Assembly (NCBI RefSeq): GCF_009914755.1
Contig: NC_060936.1
Length of the DNA: 64,000 nucleotides
From: the human T2T-CHM13v2.0 reference genome, Homo sapiens
Reading direction: 5' to 3' (one strand)
Below, piece after piece: positions 1-15,169 of this stretch. Each line of letters begins with the position of its first letter. Position 1 is the stretch's first letter. The notes beneath the pieces are model-generated. The model made no database searches, was not told where the DNA came from, and saw only the letters and a list, made by a program, of their open reading frames with translations. Made by a program: the position numbers and the translations under genes.

Positions 1-419
1 TCTGGGAACTACTTTTGTGTGGTCTTGAGAACATCTTCTCTTCAGACACATGTCCTATTTAGGTGTCTCAACTTTCATAAGAGAATGTCAACTCTTTCCA
101 TTTGGACTGACCAATGAAACATATGAAATTGAGCACTGTAAAATAATTTGTACTTCAAATTCTTGTCAGAGGTTATAACCTACAAATCTCTGCTACCTAG
201 AACCTATCAAAAGCTCACTTATCAAAAGTAATATAGATGGAGAATCGCCTGAAGGATATGCAGTCCATCCTTTCTCTAGACACATTCAATTTTATTCCTG
301 GATTAAGCCAAACCAAGAGAGAACTGCAGCCTGAAATACTTTTGTTTTAGTTTCCTAGAGAATTGCTTTAATGGAATTGCTCTCAGCATTATGCCATAGG
401 CTTTCATTTTGAAGGACAT

Positions 420-1556
420 TATGAGGAAAAGCCTTTTTACCTTTTTGCCAATAAATTCAAAAATCTAGATGAAATAGGTGATTCTAAAAAATTGTGAATT
501 ATTAAAATGGACTCAAGTGGAGTCAGAGAAACATGAATAGACTGATGACCATGACCAAGGAGGGAATTGTGAAGATGGCTGAAGATCTATTCTCCACTAG
601 AGCTAAGCCCATTTGTTTTTTTTAGTCGTTATCTACTGTGTTTATTTAGCTAGCAATTGTGTGTCTCTCCCTATCTTATTCTCTGTTTTTTTTTTCTTTT
701 TTTTTTTTTTTGGTATAAATACTATGCCGTCCTTTGGGGATGGATCCTCTCCTACCCCAATTATATGATACTATGATAGCAGAAAACAATTGTACACTGA
801 CTCAGGTATGTTTGAGTATAGTAGCCTATATCCTTGTATATATTAATCCAAGGTGGGGCAGGTGACCCAACAAAGTTAATTGAGTCCTGTCTTGTAATAT
901 GTAGTATTGTATTTATGGGAAAAGGTCTCTTCTGGGTTGCTAAATGGCAATGGTGTAAGCCTAGAACTGGGTATGGTCACAGCTACCCTCTCCCACATAG
1001 ATGAAGCTGATCTGCAATAAGAGAGAGAGAACTCAGAGAGGGATAGGGGGGTGGGGTTGGTATACAGTGACAAAGACAGACACACACACACACATACACA
1101 CACAGTTAGAAACCTCTGACTGACCAAGAAATGGAGACTGAGACAGGCAGAGATGCATAAGGCATAGAACTTAGACGCAGACATAGAAATAAAGAAAAAG
1201 AGGAAAAGAGAAAGATCGAACATTGTCTATCAGTGCTACTCCTGTCCTTCCTACATGTGAGATAATAATTTTTTTAAATTTCTTTTTTTTTTTTTTGCTA
1301 AAGCTAATTTTATTTAGTCATCTTTCACTTGCAGGTGAAATACTTCTGACCCAAATTGTTTTATTGGTGAATTAAAATAATAATTAAGGAACAGATAATT
1401 CCTTTGTTCTTTTTGCTATTCCAAAGCAGAGGGAAAAACACCCATAACATTTTTCCACCTGTTTTATAAGGCTAGTGTAACTATGATATAAAAACTGAAA
1501 AGTCACAGCACATGAAAACAACGAGTATAAGACTATAGATGCATATATCCTAAATG
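420..1556 (+). mobile_element. Ancient L1M/L1ME ORF2 fragments (about 420-560 and 1345-1556), split by an LTR
   Basis: Degenerate matches to the ORF2 stretches ANKFENLDEMDKF and GPDGFTGEF...[14 protein letters not shown]...IDAKILN; many stops and indels. Confidence 0.6.
720..1350 (+). mobile_element. Old ERVL/MaLR-type LTR (LTR16/MLT1-like) containing GA and CA simple repeats
   Basis: Resembles the 3' end of old ERVL LTRs (gtgagataataatt...gctaaagctaatttt...tcacttgcag); interrupts the L1M ORF2 remnant. Confidence 0.4.
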
Positions 1557-1674
1557 TAACCAGAAGACATCTATCTCTTTATCCTCACAGGCTGGTTCCA
1601 TTTGGCCCTGAATTATTCACTGCAGATCTTACCCTCTTCTCTGGTTTGCACAGAAAACTCAGTCACGTTGTCCC

Positions 1675-2049
1675 TGTCCAGACAGACAAGGTTTTGCTGT
1701 GGTAATAAATAAACCCAAGTTCTCAATGGTTTTAAACAATGAAAGCCTATTTCTTGCTTGCTCTTCCCAGGGTCAGCTGGGGATTTCCTCACTGAGGACT
1801 ATACAGGCTTTCAGAGTATCAACCATTTGGCACATTACTTAGTGATTGCTACAAAAGGAAGGAAACATGGAGGATATTTGAGCTCTTGAAGCATATCACA
1901 GAGATGATATACTTAATATTCATTTACATGTCACTGGCCAAGGGAAGTCACATGTCTGCATCTATCTTTTAAAGGTTGATTAAGAGCAATCCTACTTTCA
2001 CTCCAGAAGTAGAAAGAACTGGAATATTTGCAAACATTCTTAATGATTA
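1675..2049 (-). mobile_element. MLT1 (J/K/L-like) MaLR LTR
   Basis: ggttttgctgtggtaataaataaacccaagttctcaatggttttaaacaa and cactggccaagggaagtcacatg match the antisense MLT1 layout. Confidence 0.6.
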
Positions 2050-2060
2050 CCAGAAAACTC

Positions 2061-2217
2061 TTTCCTTCCTTCCTTCCTTCCTTTCTTCCTTCCTTCCTTC
2101 CTTCCTTCCTTCCTCCTTCTTTCTCTCTTTTTCTCCCTTTCTCTCTTTCTTTCTCTCTCCCTTCCTTCCTTCCTTCCTTCCTTCCCTCCTTCCTTCCTTC
2201 CTTCCTTCCTTCCTTCC

Positions 2218-2268
<51 letters not shown>

Positions 2269-2290
2269 CTCTTTCTTTCTTTCTTTCTTT
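2061..2290. repeat. Compound pyrimidine microsatellite (CCTT)n-(CT)n-(CTTT)n
   Basis: Directly visible ~230-bp pure-pyrimidine tract abutting the L1 3' end. Confidence 0.97.
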
Positions 2291-2502
2291 TTTATACTTT
2301 AAGTTCTAGGGTACATATACCCAATGTGCAGATTTGATACATAGGTATACATGTGCCATGTTGGTTTGCTGCACCCATCAACTCATCATTTACATTAGGT
2401 ATTTCTCCTAATGCTGTCCTCGCCGAGACCCCTACCCCCCCGACAGGCCCCAGTGTGTGATGTTCCCCACCCTGTGTCCCTGTGTCTAAGTGTTCTCATT
2501 GT

Positions 2503-6337
<3,835 letters not shown>

Positions 6338-6400
6338 TATGATGTTAGCTGATTATTTTGCCTGGTAATGGATGCATTTTCTTCATAGCATCAATAGTTT

Positions 6401-7425
6401 TTACAATTTGGCATGCTTTTGCAGTGGCTGGTATCAGTTGTTTCTTTCCATGTTTAGTGCTTCCTTCAGGAGCTCTTGTAAGGCAGACCTGGTGGTGACA
6501 AAATCTCTCAGCATTTGCTTTTCTGTAAAGGATTTTATTTCTCCTTCACTTATGAAGCTTAGTTTGGCTGGATATGAAATTGTGGGTTGAAATTTCTTTT
6601 CTTTAAGAATGTTGAATATTGGCCCCCACTCTCTTCTGGCTTGTAGGGTTTCTGCCGAGAGATCTGCTGTTAGTCTGATGGGCTTCCCTTTGTGGGTAAC
6701 TCAACCTTTCTCTCTGGCTGCCCTTAACATTTTTTCCTTCATTTCACCCTTGGTGAATCTGACAATTATGTGTCTTGGGGTTTCTCTTCTTGAGGAGTAT
6801 CTTTGTGGTGTTCTCTGTATTTCCTGAATTTCAATGTTGGCCTGCCTTGCTAGGTTGGGGAAGTTCTCCTGGATAATATCCTGAAGAGTGTTTTTCAACT
6901 TGGTTCCATTCTCCCCATAAGTTTCAGGTACACCAATCAAATGTAGATTGGTCTTTTCACATAGTCCCATATTTCTTGGAGGCTTTATTCATTTCTTTTT
7001 ACTCTTTTTTCTTTAACCTTGTCTTCTCACTTCATTTCATTAATTTGATCTTCAATCACTGATACCCTTTCTTCCACTTGATTGAATCAGACATTGAAGC
7101 TTGTGCATGTGTCATGAAGTTCTTGTGCCATGGTTTTCAGCTCCACCATGTCATTTAAGTTCTTCTCTACACGGGCTATTCGAGTTAGCCATTCGTCTAA
7201 CCTCTTTTCAAGGTTTTTAGCTTCCTTGCAATGGGTTAGAACATGCTCCTTTAGCTCAGAGAAGTGTGTTACTACTGACCTTCTGAAGCCTACTTCTGTC
7301 AGCTCATCAAAGTCATTCTCCGTCCAGCTTTGCCCCATTGCTGGCAAGGAGCTGCGATCCTTTGGAAGAGAAGAGGAGTTCTGGTTTTTATAATTTTCAG
7401 CTCTTCTGCTCTGGTTTCTCCCCAT
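6401..7425 (-). pseudogene. Disrupted L1 ORF1
   Basis: Starts MGRNQSRRAEN, includes LQDIIQENFPNLARQ..., and ends catgccaaattgtaa at 6401; frameshifted. Confidence 0.93.
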
Positions 7426-8459
7426 CTTTGTGGTTTTATCTACCTTTAGTCTTTGATGTTGGTGACCTACAGATGGGGTTTTAGTGTAGATTTCCTTTTT
7501 GTTGATGTCGATGCTATTCCTTTCTGTTGTTAGTTTTCCTTCTAATAGTCAGGTCCCTCAGCTGCAGGTGTGTTGGAGTTTGCTGGAGGTCCACTCCAGA
7601 CCCTGTTTGCCTAGGTATCACCAGCGGAGGCTGCAGAACAGCAAATATTGCTGCCTAATCCTTCCTCTGGAAGCTACTTCCTAGAGGGGCAGCCACCTAT
7701 ATGAGGTGTCTGTCAGCCCCTACTGGGAGGTGTCTCCCAGTTAGGCTACATGGGGGTCAGGGACCCACTTGAGGAGGCCGTATGTCTGTCCTCAGAGCTC
7801 AAACGCCATGCTGGGAGAAGCACTGCTCTCTTCAGGGCTGTCAGACAGGGACGTTTAAGTCTGCAGAAGTTTCTGCTGCCTTTTGTTCAGCTATGCCCTG
7901 CCCACAGAGGTGGAGTCTATAGAGGCAGTAGGCCTTGCTGAGCTGCGGTGGGCTCCGCCCAGTTTGAGCTTCCTGGCCACTTTTTTTTTACCTACTCGAG
8001 CCTCAGCAATGGCTGATGGCCCTCCCACTGCTAGGCTGCTGCCTCACAGGTCAATCTCAGACTAATGCACTAGCGGTGAGCAAGGCTCCGTGGGCATGGG
8101 ACCCACTGAGCCAGGCACAGGAGAGAATGTCCTTGTCTGTCAGTTGCTAAGATCTTGGGAAAAGCACAGTATTTGGGTGAAAATGTCTTGTTTTTCCAGG
8201 TACAGTCTATCACGGCTTCCCTTGGCTAGCAAAGAGAAACCCCTTGACCCCTTGTGCTTCCCAGGTGAGGCAATGCCCCTCCCTGCTTCCGCTTGCCCTC
8301 CGTTGGCTGCACTCACTGTCAAACCAGTCCCAATGAGATGAACCAGGTACCTCAGTTGGAAATGCAGAAATCACCTGTCTTCTGTGTCAATCACGCTGGG
8401 AGCTGCAGACCGGAGCTACCCCTATTTGGCCATCTTGGAACAGCCAGAGTGCTCTTTTC

Positions 8460-9320
8460 TATTCACCAATTATTTGGTTAGCTTTGCTTTCTACATTCAA
8501 AATACAACTGTCCCCATTGTAAGGGAGACTCAAAATTTGCATAGTGTAACAAGACCATACTCAACATCCAGGATCTCTGGGTGATGTGTGATGGTCTTTT
8601 CATGAAGACAAAGTAATGCCTAATAGTCTCTATCAGGCGTGGGATGTGGTTGCTTTTCATCTGGAAACTTATGAATTAAAATGTTATCTGCCCTTCACAT
8701 ACTCAGTATACACAGGTGTTGGGCAACTCAATAAACACTTTTAGAGGAATAGGAAAAGAGCCTGTTTTTTGGATGTGGGAGTTATTCCTTGATCAAGTCC
8801 TGATTTGCATCTCTTGACCATTATTCTTCATTGTTCCTAGCTTCTATCTCTAAGAAATGCTTCCTTTTTTTGATTATTGTCTTCAGTGACATCTGCAATG
8901 AATATTGGGGACTATGGCTTTTATTGGGGCAATTGGCTTTATCAGTCTGTTTTCTGTCAATAGAAGATTGGAGTCTATGGTTGTCTTAAATATAGAATAG
9001 TTATAATCATTTTCAGTCCAAATTGTTGGTACTTTTGCCGTACAAATCACTTAAAGACATGGATTGCTTATTTCCTATTAGATTTCAGTAAGCTCCATGT
9101 GCCAATAGGTGTAGCCACAATTCTTTTCAGGACATAATTCTGATAATTGCTATATGCCTTGTTTACTTGATCTCATGCCAAATGATTTCTCACTGTACAG
9201 CATGGGTTTTCATCTTTTCATGATCTAGCATTGTTTTCTTCACCAACTATTTTCCATTTCTTAATACAATGCCAAATATTTTATTTTTTTAAAATGTAGT
9301 AACAGTCTATGCTATCACTT
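8460..9320 (-). mobile_element. Probable MLT1 internal sequence remnant
   Basis: Lies between two same-orientation MLT1 LTRs; gtcaatagaagattgg...ttttcagtccaaattgttggtacttttgcc resembles MLT1-int. Confidence 0.4.
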
Positions 9321-9324
9321 TCCT

Positions 9325-10070
9325 TATCCATTAGGATAGACTGGGTTATGCTGTGATAACAATCTACAAATTTTGGTGGTCTAAGACAGCAAAGATTTTT
9401 TTTCCCACTCACACTATGCTTATCACAGGTTGACTATGGGTTGTGTTCTATATTGTCCTCCCTCAGGGACATAGGTTGTTAGAGATGCTATTATCTTGAA
9501 CATGCCTGTATTAGTCTGTTCTCATGCTGCTAATAAAAACATACCCAGAACTGGGTAATTTATAAAGGTAAGAGGCTTAATTGACTCACAGTTCCACATG
9601 GCTGGGGAGGCCTCACAATCATGGCAAAAGTCGAAGGGGAAGCAAGACATGGCTTACATGGAGGCAGGCGAGAGACAGCATGTGCAGGGGAACTGCCCTT
9701 TATAAAACTGTCAGATCTCATGAGACTTACTCACTTATGAGAACAGTGTGGGAAAAACCTGCCCCTATAATTCAATTACCTTCCACCAGGTCCCTCTCAC
9801 AACACGTGGGGATTATTACAATTTGAGGTGAGATTTGGGTGCGGACCTAGAGCCAAACCATATCAATGCCAGCAGCCATGTCAGGGGAAAGAGAGTGTGG
9901 GAAGCACACAGGTGCTTCAAGCTTCTGTCTAGAAATGACCTATGTCACTTCCACTTACATTTATTGATGAACGCAAGTCATAGCTAATTTTAAGAGGTTG
10001 AGAAAATTAAATTCTACCATATGTCTGAAAGGACAGAGAAATAGAGTATCAGTGAACACATCCAATGGAT
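9325..10070 (-). mobile_element. MLT1 LTR interrupted by THE1
   Basis: tccattaggatagactgggttatgctgtgataac...; resumes after the THE1 at 9866 (cacttccacttacattt...gcaagtcat). Confidence 0.65.
9507..9865 (-). mobile_element. THE1 (C/D-like) solo LTR
   Basis: Termini are tgtattagtc...aaaccatatca, with a perfect 5-bp TSD ATGCC at 9502-9506 and 9866-9870. Confidence 0.93.
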
Positions 10071-10072
10071 AG

Positions 10073-10075
<3 letters not shown>

Positions 10076-10114
<39 letters not shown>
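10076..10114. repeat. (CA)n microsatellite
   Basis: Directly visible. Confidence 0.97.
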
Positions 10115-10115
<1 letters not shown>

Positions 10116-10671
10116 CCCAACATTAATAACCTTTGTGGAATTTGTTGAAAATTTGTGGGGACCAAAAGAGGAATTATATCATATTGTATATAGAATTTTG
10201 CTAGAAAAATCCTCATCTGAAATTTCTCTTTTTCCTACTTCGTTTTCTATGGTGGTAATGCTTTGTTTTTCTCTTCTTCTTCCCTCATGCAGCCTCCAGC
10301 CTCACTGGCTCTACTCACTTTGTCCCTCTCAGTTTTTCCATTTGGGACTTAAAATTCCACACTCCTTCATCACAGGAAACAAGTTCCATTATCCTTGTTA
10401 TTTGCACATCCCCTCAAGGTCTTATATACCACCCCAAGAGGCTTTTGAAGCATTTCTTCTGAATAAATATAGTGCTTTCTCTAATAAGAATTCTGGTGGA
10501 TGCAATTTTCTCCATCTTATTACATTAATAATATATTAGCAAGTCAAATATAGCATTACCATGTAGGTTTTGTTTCAGATATGAAAGATGGTTTAGCATG
10601 GTTTCATTTCATATTTATGAAGATACATATCTTTATATTAATAGATTTAAAGAAACTACCTATGTGATCAT

Positions 10672-10964
10672 CTAGATCTGCTCTGAACATACCCAGAACT
10701 GGGTAATTTGTAAAGGAAAGAGGCTTAATTGACTCACAGTTCCTCTGACTTCACAGCTGTGTCCAAAATGGTAGACACTAGCCATATGTGGCTCTTTCCA
10801 TTGAAATTTGAATGGTTGAAATTAGGTTATTTAAAAAATTTCATTTCTCATTCCTATTAGCCACTTTTAAGTGCTCAGTAGCCACATGTGACTAGTAGTT
10901 ACGGTACAAACACAGATAATGGGTGCTTCCATCATTGGGGAAAGTTCTATTGGATAGTTTTGCT
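10672..10964 (+). mobile_element. MER33/MER3-like hAT-Charlie MITE containing a 58-bp insertion
   Basis: tgtccaaaatggtagacactagccatatgtggct ... gtgctcagtagccacatgtgactag ... aaagttctattggatag. Confidence 0.75.
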
Positions 10965-11026
10965 ATAAATCAATGCTGCAGAGTCATTTGATAAAAGTAA
11001 TGGTCATTCCTGATAAAAAACTTATA

Positions 11027-11468
<442 letters not shown>

Positions 11469-11509
11469 TTATATTCAGGACAGAGGATGACCATTACTAT
11501 CACAACTAT

Positions 11510-11975
11510 GTCCATTAGAATTAGGTTTGGTTTTGATTAAAATAATTTTGTTTCTCCCTCTTTTCAAGAACACTGAAGAAAGGCAGTAAAGGGTGGCAAA
11601 GTGGGTCTAATCCATTGCCTATCCGGGGACCCAGATTCATTCTATCACTGCTAGGGTGTGGTCTTCATTCTCATATTTCAAGGAATAATTCAAGTTCAGC
11701 ATATCCTTATTTAATTCAGAAGGGCGGGGAAAAATATGAGGACAAAGAACAAAGGAGGCCTAAGTCATATCTGCTGTTTTGTATATAATGCTTGTGGAAG
11801 TTACGGCATGATAGTTTTGCTGGCATTAGCCAGTAATTGGTCACATGGCCACACTTTGTTGCAAGGAATGTTGAAAAGTGTAGCTTTAATCTGATTAGCC
11901 ATGTGCTTATCTAAAAACTAGGGTTTTCTATGAGTAAAGAATGGATACTAGGGAACAGCTAATACTTTCTGCCTT
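11510..11975 (-). mobile_element. MLT1 (J/K-like) LTR
   Basis: cattagccagtaattggtcacatggccacactttgttgcaaggaatgttgaaaagtgtagc...gaatggatactaggg. Confidence 0.6.
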
Positions 11976-12596
11976 ACTACCTTATTTAATATTGTTCTGG
12001 AAGTCTTAATCCAAACAATAAAATAGAAAAACAAAGAAGTACAAATATTGGAAAGAAACAGATGCAATTATGTTTCTTTTCAGAAGATATAATTAAATGT
12101 TCCAAAATCCAATTGAGTTAACTGAAAATCTATTAGAAACAAATAAGATAACTCAGTAAGATGTGGGAAATAAGATACAAAAATCAAGAGGTTTTCAATG
12201 ATGTTTTAACCCATGAGAGACTAGAAATAGAATGAAAACATATGGAAATAAAAATGTAATTCCTATAGATAAATAAGAAATGACTGTAACTCATGTGATG
12301 AAAACTATAACATTTTATTGAAAGGCATAAAAAGAAAACTGAGGTAAATGAAGAATCATGGCAAGTTCCTGGATGGGATGATTTAGTGTTGTAAAGACAT
12401 TAGTTCTCCCCAAATCTGTAAATTTCATATAATTCCACTCAAAATGTATTTTTTAAGTTGATAAGTTAATGGTGAAATTTATGTTAATGATTGACTGTGT
12501 TAGAACAGCAAGAAAACTGAAAATGAACAATGAAGGGTATGTGCCCTGGTAGATGTCAAAACGTACTATAAAACTATGGTAATTAAAAGTGTAACA

Positions 12597-12685
12597 CCAA
12601 GGTGGGAGGATCACTTGAGCCCAGGAGTTCAAGACTAGCCTAGGCAACATATTGAGACCTTGTCTCAATTTTTTATTAAAAAAAG
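12597..12685 (+). mobile_element. Alu monomer fragment (FLAM/AluJ)
   Basis: ccaaggtgggaggatcacttgagcccaggagttcaagactagcctaggcaacat. Confidence 0.85.
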
Positions 12686-12759
12686 TGTGATAGCAGCTGA
12701 GAGATTGTTAAGGGGACAAACTAGAGTCCAGGACAAGGTATATGTGGCAGATGAGAGCA

Positions 12760-13005
12760 AGGTAGTGTGTGGTGGAGTGCACAGATTCTGGAACCACACT
12801 GTCAAGGTACAAAGCACAGCTTTGCCACTTAACGGTTTGTGACCCTGGACAAATTATTAAGCCCTCCGTATTTCAAATTTCTCATCTAAAAATTAGGGAT
12901 AAAGTGGTCCAAACCATTTACAGTTGCTGTAGGGACAATAAATGTAAAGCATTTAGAACATTGCCTGGCCTGTTGTAAACACCGAAAAAGTGTTAGCTAA
13001 TGTTA
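12760..13005 (+). mobile_element. MIR
   Basis: MIR core gtgaccctggacaaattattaagccctcc...tttctcatctaaaaattaggg...gtaaagcatttagaaca. Confidence 0.8.
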
Positions 13006-13103
13006 ATGCTAGAATTTAATATATAATAAACATGACACTAAAATCAGTGCAGCATGAAGGTACTATATAATGCATAGTGTTGGGGCAATTGGCTTGCCAT
13101 TTG

Positions 13104-13183
13104 GAGAGAAAGAAAGAAAAGAAGAGAAGAAAGGAAGAAAGAAGAAAGGAAAGAAAAAAAGGAAGAAAAAAGAAAGGAAGAAA
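13104..13183. repeat. GA-rich purine simple repeat
   Basis: Directly visible (GAAA/GGAA units). Confidence 0.9.
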
Positions 13184-13630
13184 TTAGAACTCTGACTCAC
13201 ATTCATTATAAATTAAACAGTATAGATTAAATACTTAATTATAAAAATTATTATAAAAGTACTGGGAAGGTGAAGAAGAATATAAAAAGTATTCTCTGTG
13301 CGTGTAAAGTCTTTTCATATATTATTCCAATTTTTAGCGTGATACCAATGCAACAAGCCAGGAAAGAAAACATTGGCAGTTGTTACTTTCAATCAAAAAG
13401 GACATTGAGATAGGATGAAGGGTAGGGTGGTGGGGGTATGAGGCAGTAGTTAGGCAGATGAGAGACGGTGCATCAGAACAAGTTTGTTTAAAAGCAATAA
13501 ATATCTTTTATGTCTTAATTTTTTTTATACACTGTGCCGCATATATGGTTTAGATTTTCATTTTGAAATGTGGCCCTTTGGTAGCAGAAAATGCCAATGA
13601 ACATAATAGCTTTTACTTTTTAATTTTCAG

Positions 13631-13648
13631 GAATATTTACTTATGCAA
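13631..13648 (+). CDS. Candidate 18-nt microexon of an unidentified host gene (EYLLMQ, xIFTYA or NIYLCx depending on phase)
   Basis: ttttactttttaattttcAG|GAATATTTACTTATGCAA|GTAAGT: strong acceptor, consensus intronic donor, length divisible by 3, no internal stop, within ~1.5 kb of repeat-free sequence. Confidence 0.55.
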
Positions 13649-14915
13649 GTAAGTGTTAAATGATTGCTTCTTCTTTGAACTGTGTATTCAGGAGATGCTT
13701 ACAGCTTTAAAAATTAGATGATAATGATGGGGAAAACATAGCCATTATAAATCAAATGTGTAAGATAGCAATATTAGAGCACCTTGGCTGTTCCAGATTC
13801 TAAACTGGAAGTGGGTTGTTTCATGAAAGAAAGAGGACAATATCGTTTTTTACATCATAATTGTTTTTATAACGCACGTTTGTGTTGGAAATAACCATTG
13901 CAACTCTCCTTTTTTAGCTTTATAGTAAATGTTATACTTAGAAAATTACCTAAATATAAAAAATTATAGTAAAAAGGACACAGCTTGATATTGCATTGAC
14001 TACACGCCATTCATTATGATGAGAGCTATAAAAATGTAGACTCTACAAGGTATAGTTTTTATGCAAAAATTGATATAGCAGGTTGAAGATGTATTTGGCA
14101 AATAGCTACTGACTTTTAAATTTAGAAACATTAAGATTTATTGTGTCAATCTGGCTGCCACCCATATTGTGCAATATTTAAAGCTCTGAATTAAAACTCT
14201 GTAAGATGAGCAAGTGATGATATACAACATAAAATCGTCATTATAGAAAAATCAGACCACTTGGGTTTTTTTTCCTCTCAAATGCCCAAGAGTTTAAATC
14301 CTATGTGAAACATTAATGGACTTCTATTTTCACTTAAAAATGCTCTCTGAGGATTATCAGAACATCAAAGTGACTGTAGCTACTAATAGGTATTTTCTTT
14401 AGCTGTGGAATGTGAAAAAAAGCTGATTTCTTTTTTTGAAATAAAAGTTGTAAGCAAGACCATTTTGTATATTTGATATCCTCTGGTTTATGAAAGGATC
14501 CAAACAAGTTCAGTCTCCCCGCCCCATCAGATGAGTTCTTCATATAATTCATTCCCTGTGAGTTCCAAAGGGAAAGAATTAGGTGTCCTGTGTTGCTAAT
14601 TAGAGCTGCTAATGTATTAATGCACTTCTGAGAGCATTGCTTTCCTAAACTCTCACCCAGACAAATTAGACACTTACTAGTGATGTGATCATCTTATTCA
14701 TCCCTCTCTTGCCTTCTTCCTCTTCCAAATAAATATGAAGTTTTGCAGAGTGAGTCACATCATGATAAGCATTGTGGCAGTTGTTACTGTTTTTGTATTG
14801 GGAGAAGCTTCCATTTCTTCAGCATATCAAATCTGCTTCTCAGGCTCAACACCCTTGAAGTGGCATCCAGGTATTTATTCAAAGGCTGTGTGCATTGCGG
14901 TAATCTCCACTTCTC

Positions 14916-14939
14916 AAAAAAAAAAAAAAAAAAAAAAAA
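14916..14939. repeat. Poly(A) tract
   Basis: About 24 consecutive A. Confidence 0.95.
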
Positions 14940-15169
14940 GTGGGGGCGGGGCAATAAATGAGCATGAACTCTTCTCTTGTAAGTCACATCTCTAAGCTTT
15001 CTCCAAACAATAACCATCAGAATGGGCAATTAACCTCCCATCTTTTTGCCCTAATGAATTTCAGCTTTCTTCAGTGTGGGTGCACTATGAGGCAGCATGA
15101 GACTTTTCAATATTGCCATTAACTGTGGCCAATCGTGTCTCTTTCACTTTCAAGCAATGTCCCTTTCCC

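Noticed and set aside
1976-2309. 108-aa and 93-aa low-complexity ORFs
   Set aside because: They are translations of the CCTT/CT microsatellite.
14672-14790. Minus-strand exon ending at a GTAAGT donor (…LEEEEGKRGMNKMITSL)
   Set aside because: No credible pyrimidine tract or acceptor before an in-frame stop, and the peptide is unrecognised.
14916-14960. Poly(A) tract as the tail of a processed pseudogene
   Set aside because: No TSD and no recognisable upstream gene or poly(A) signal.
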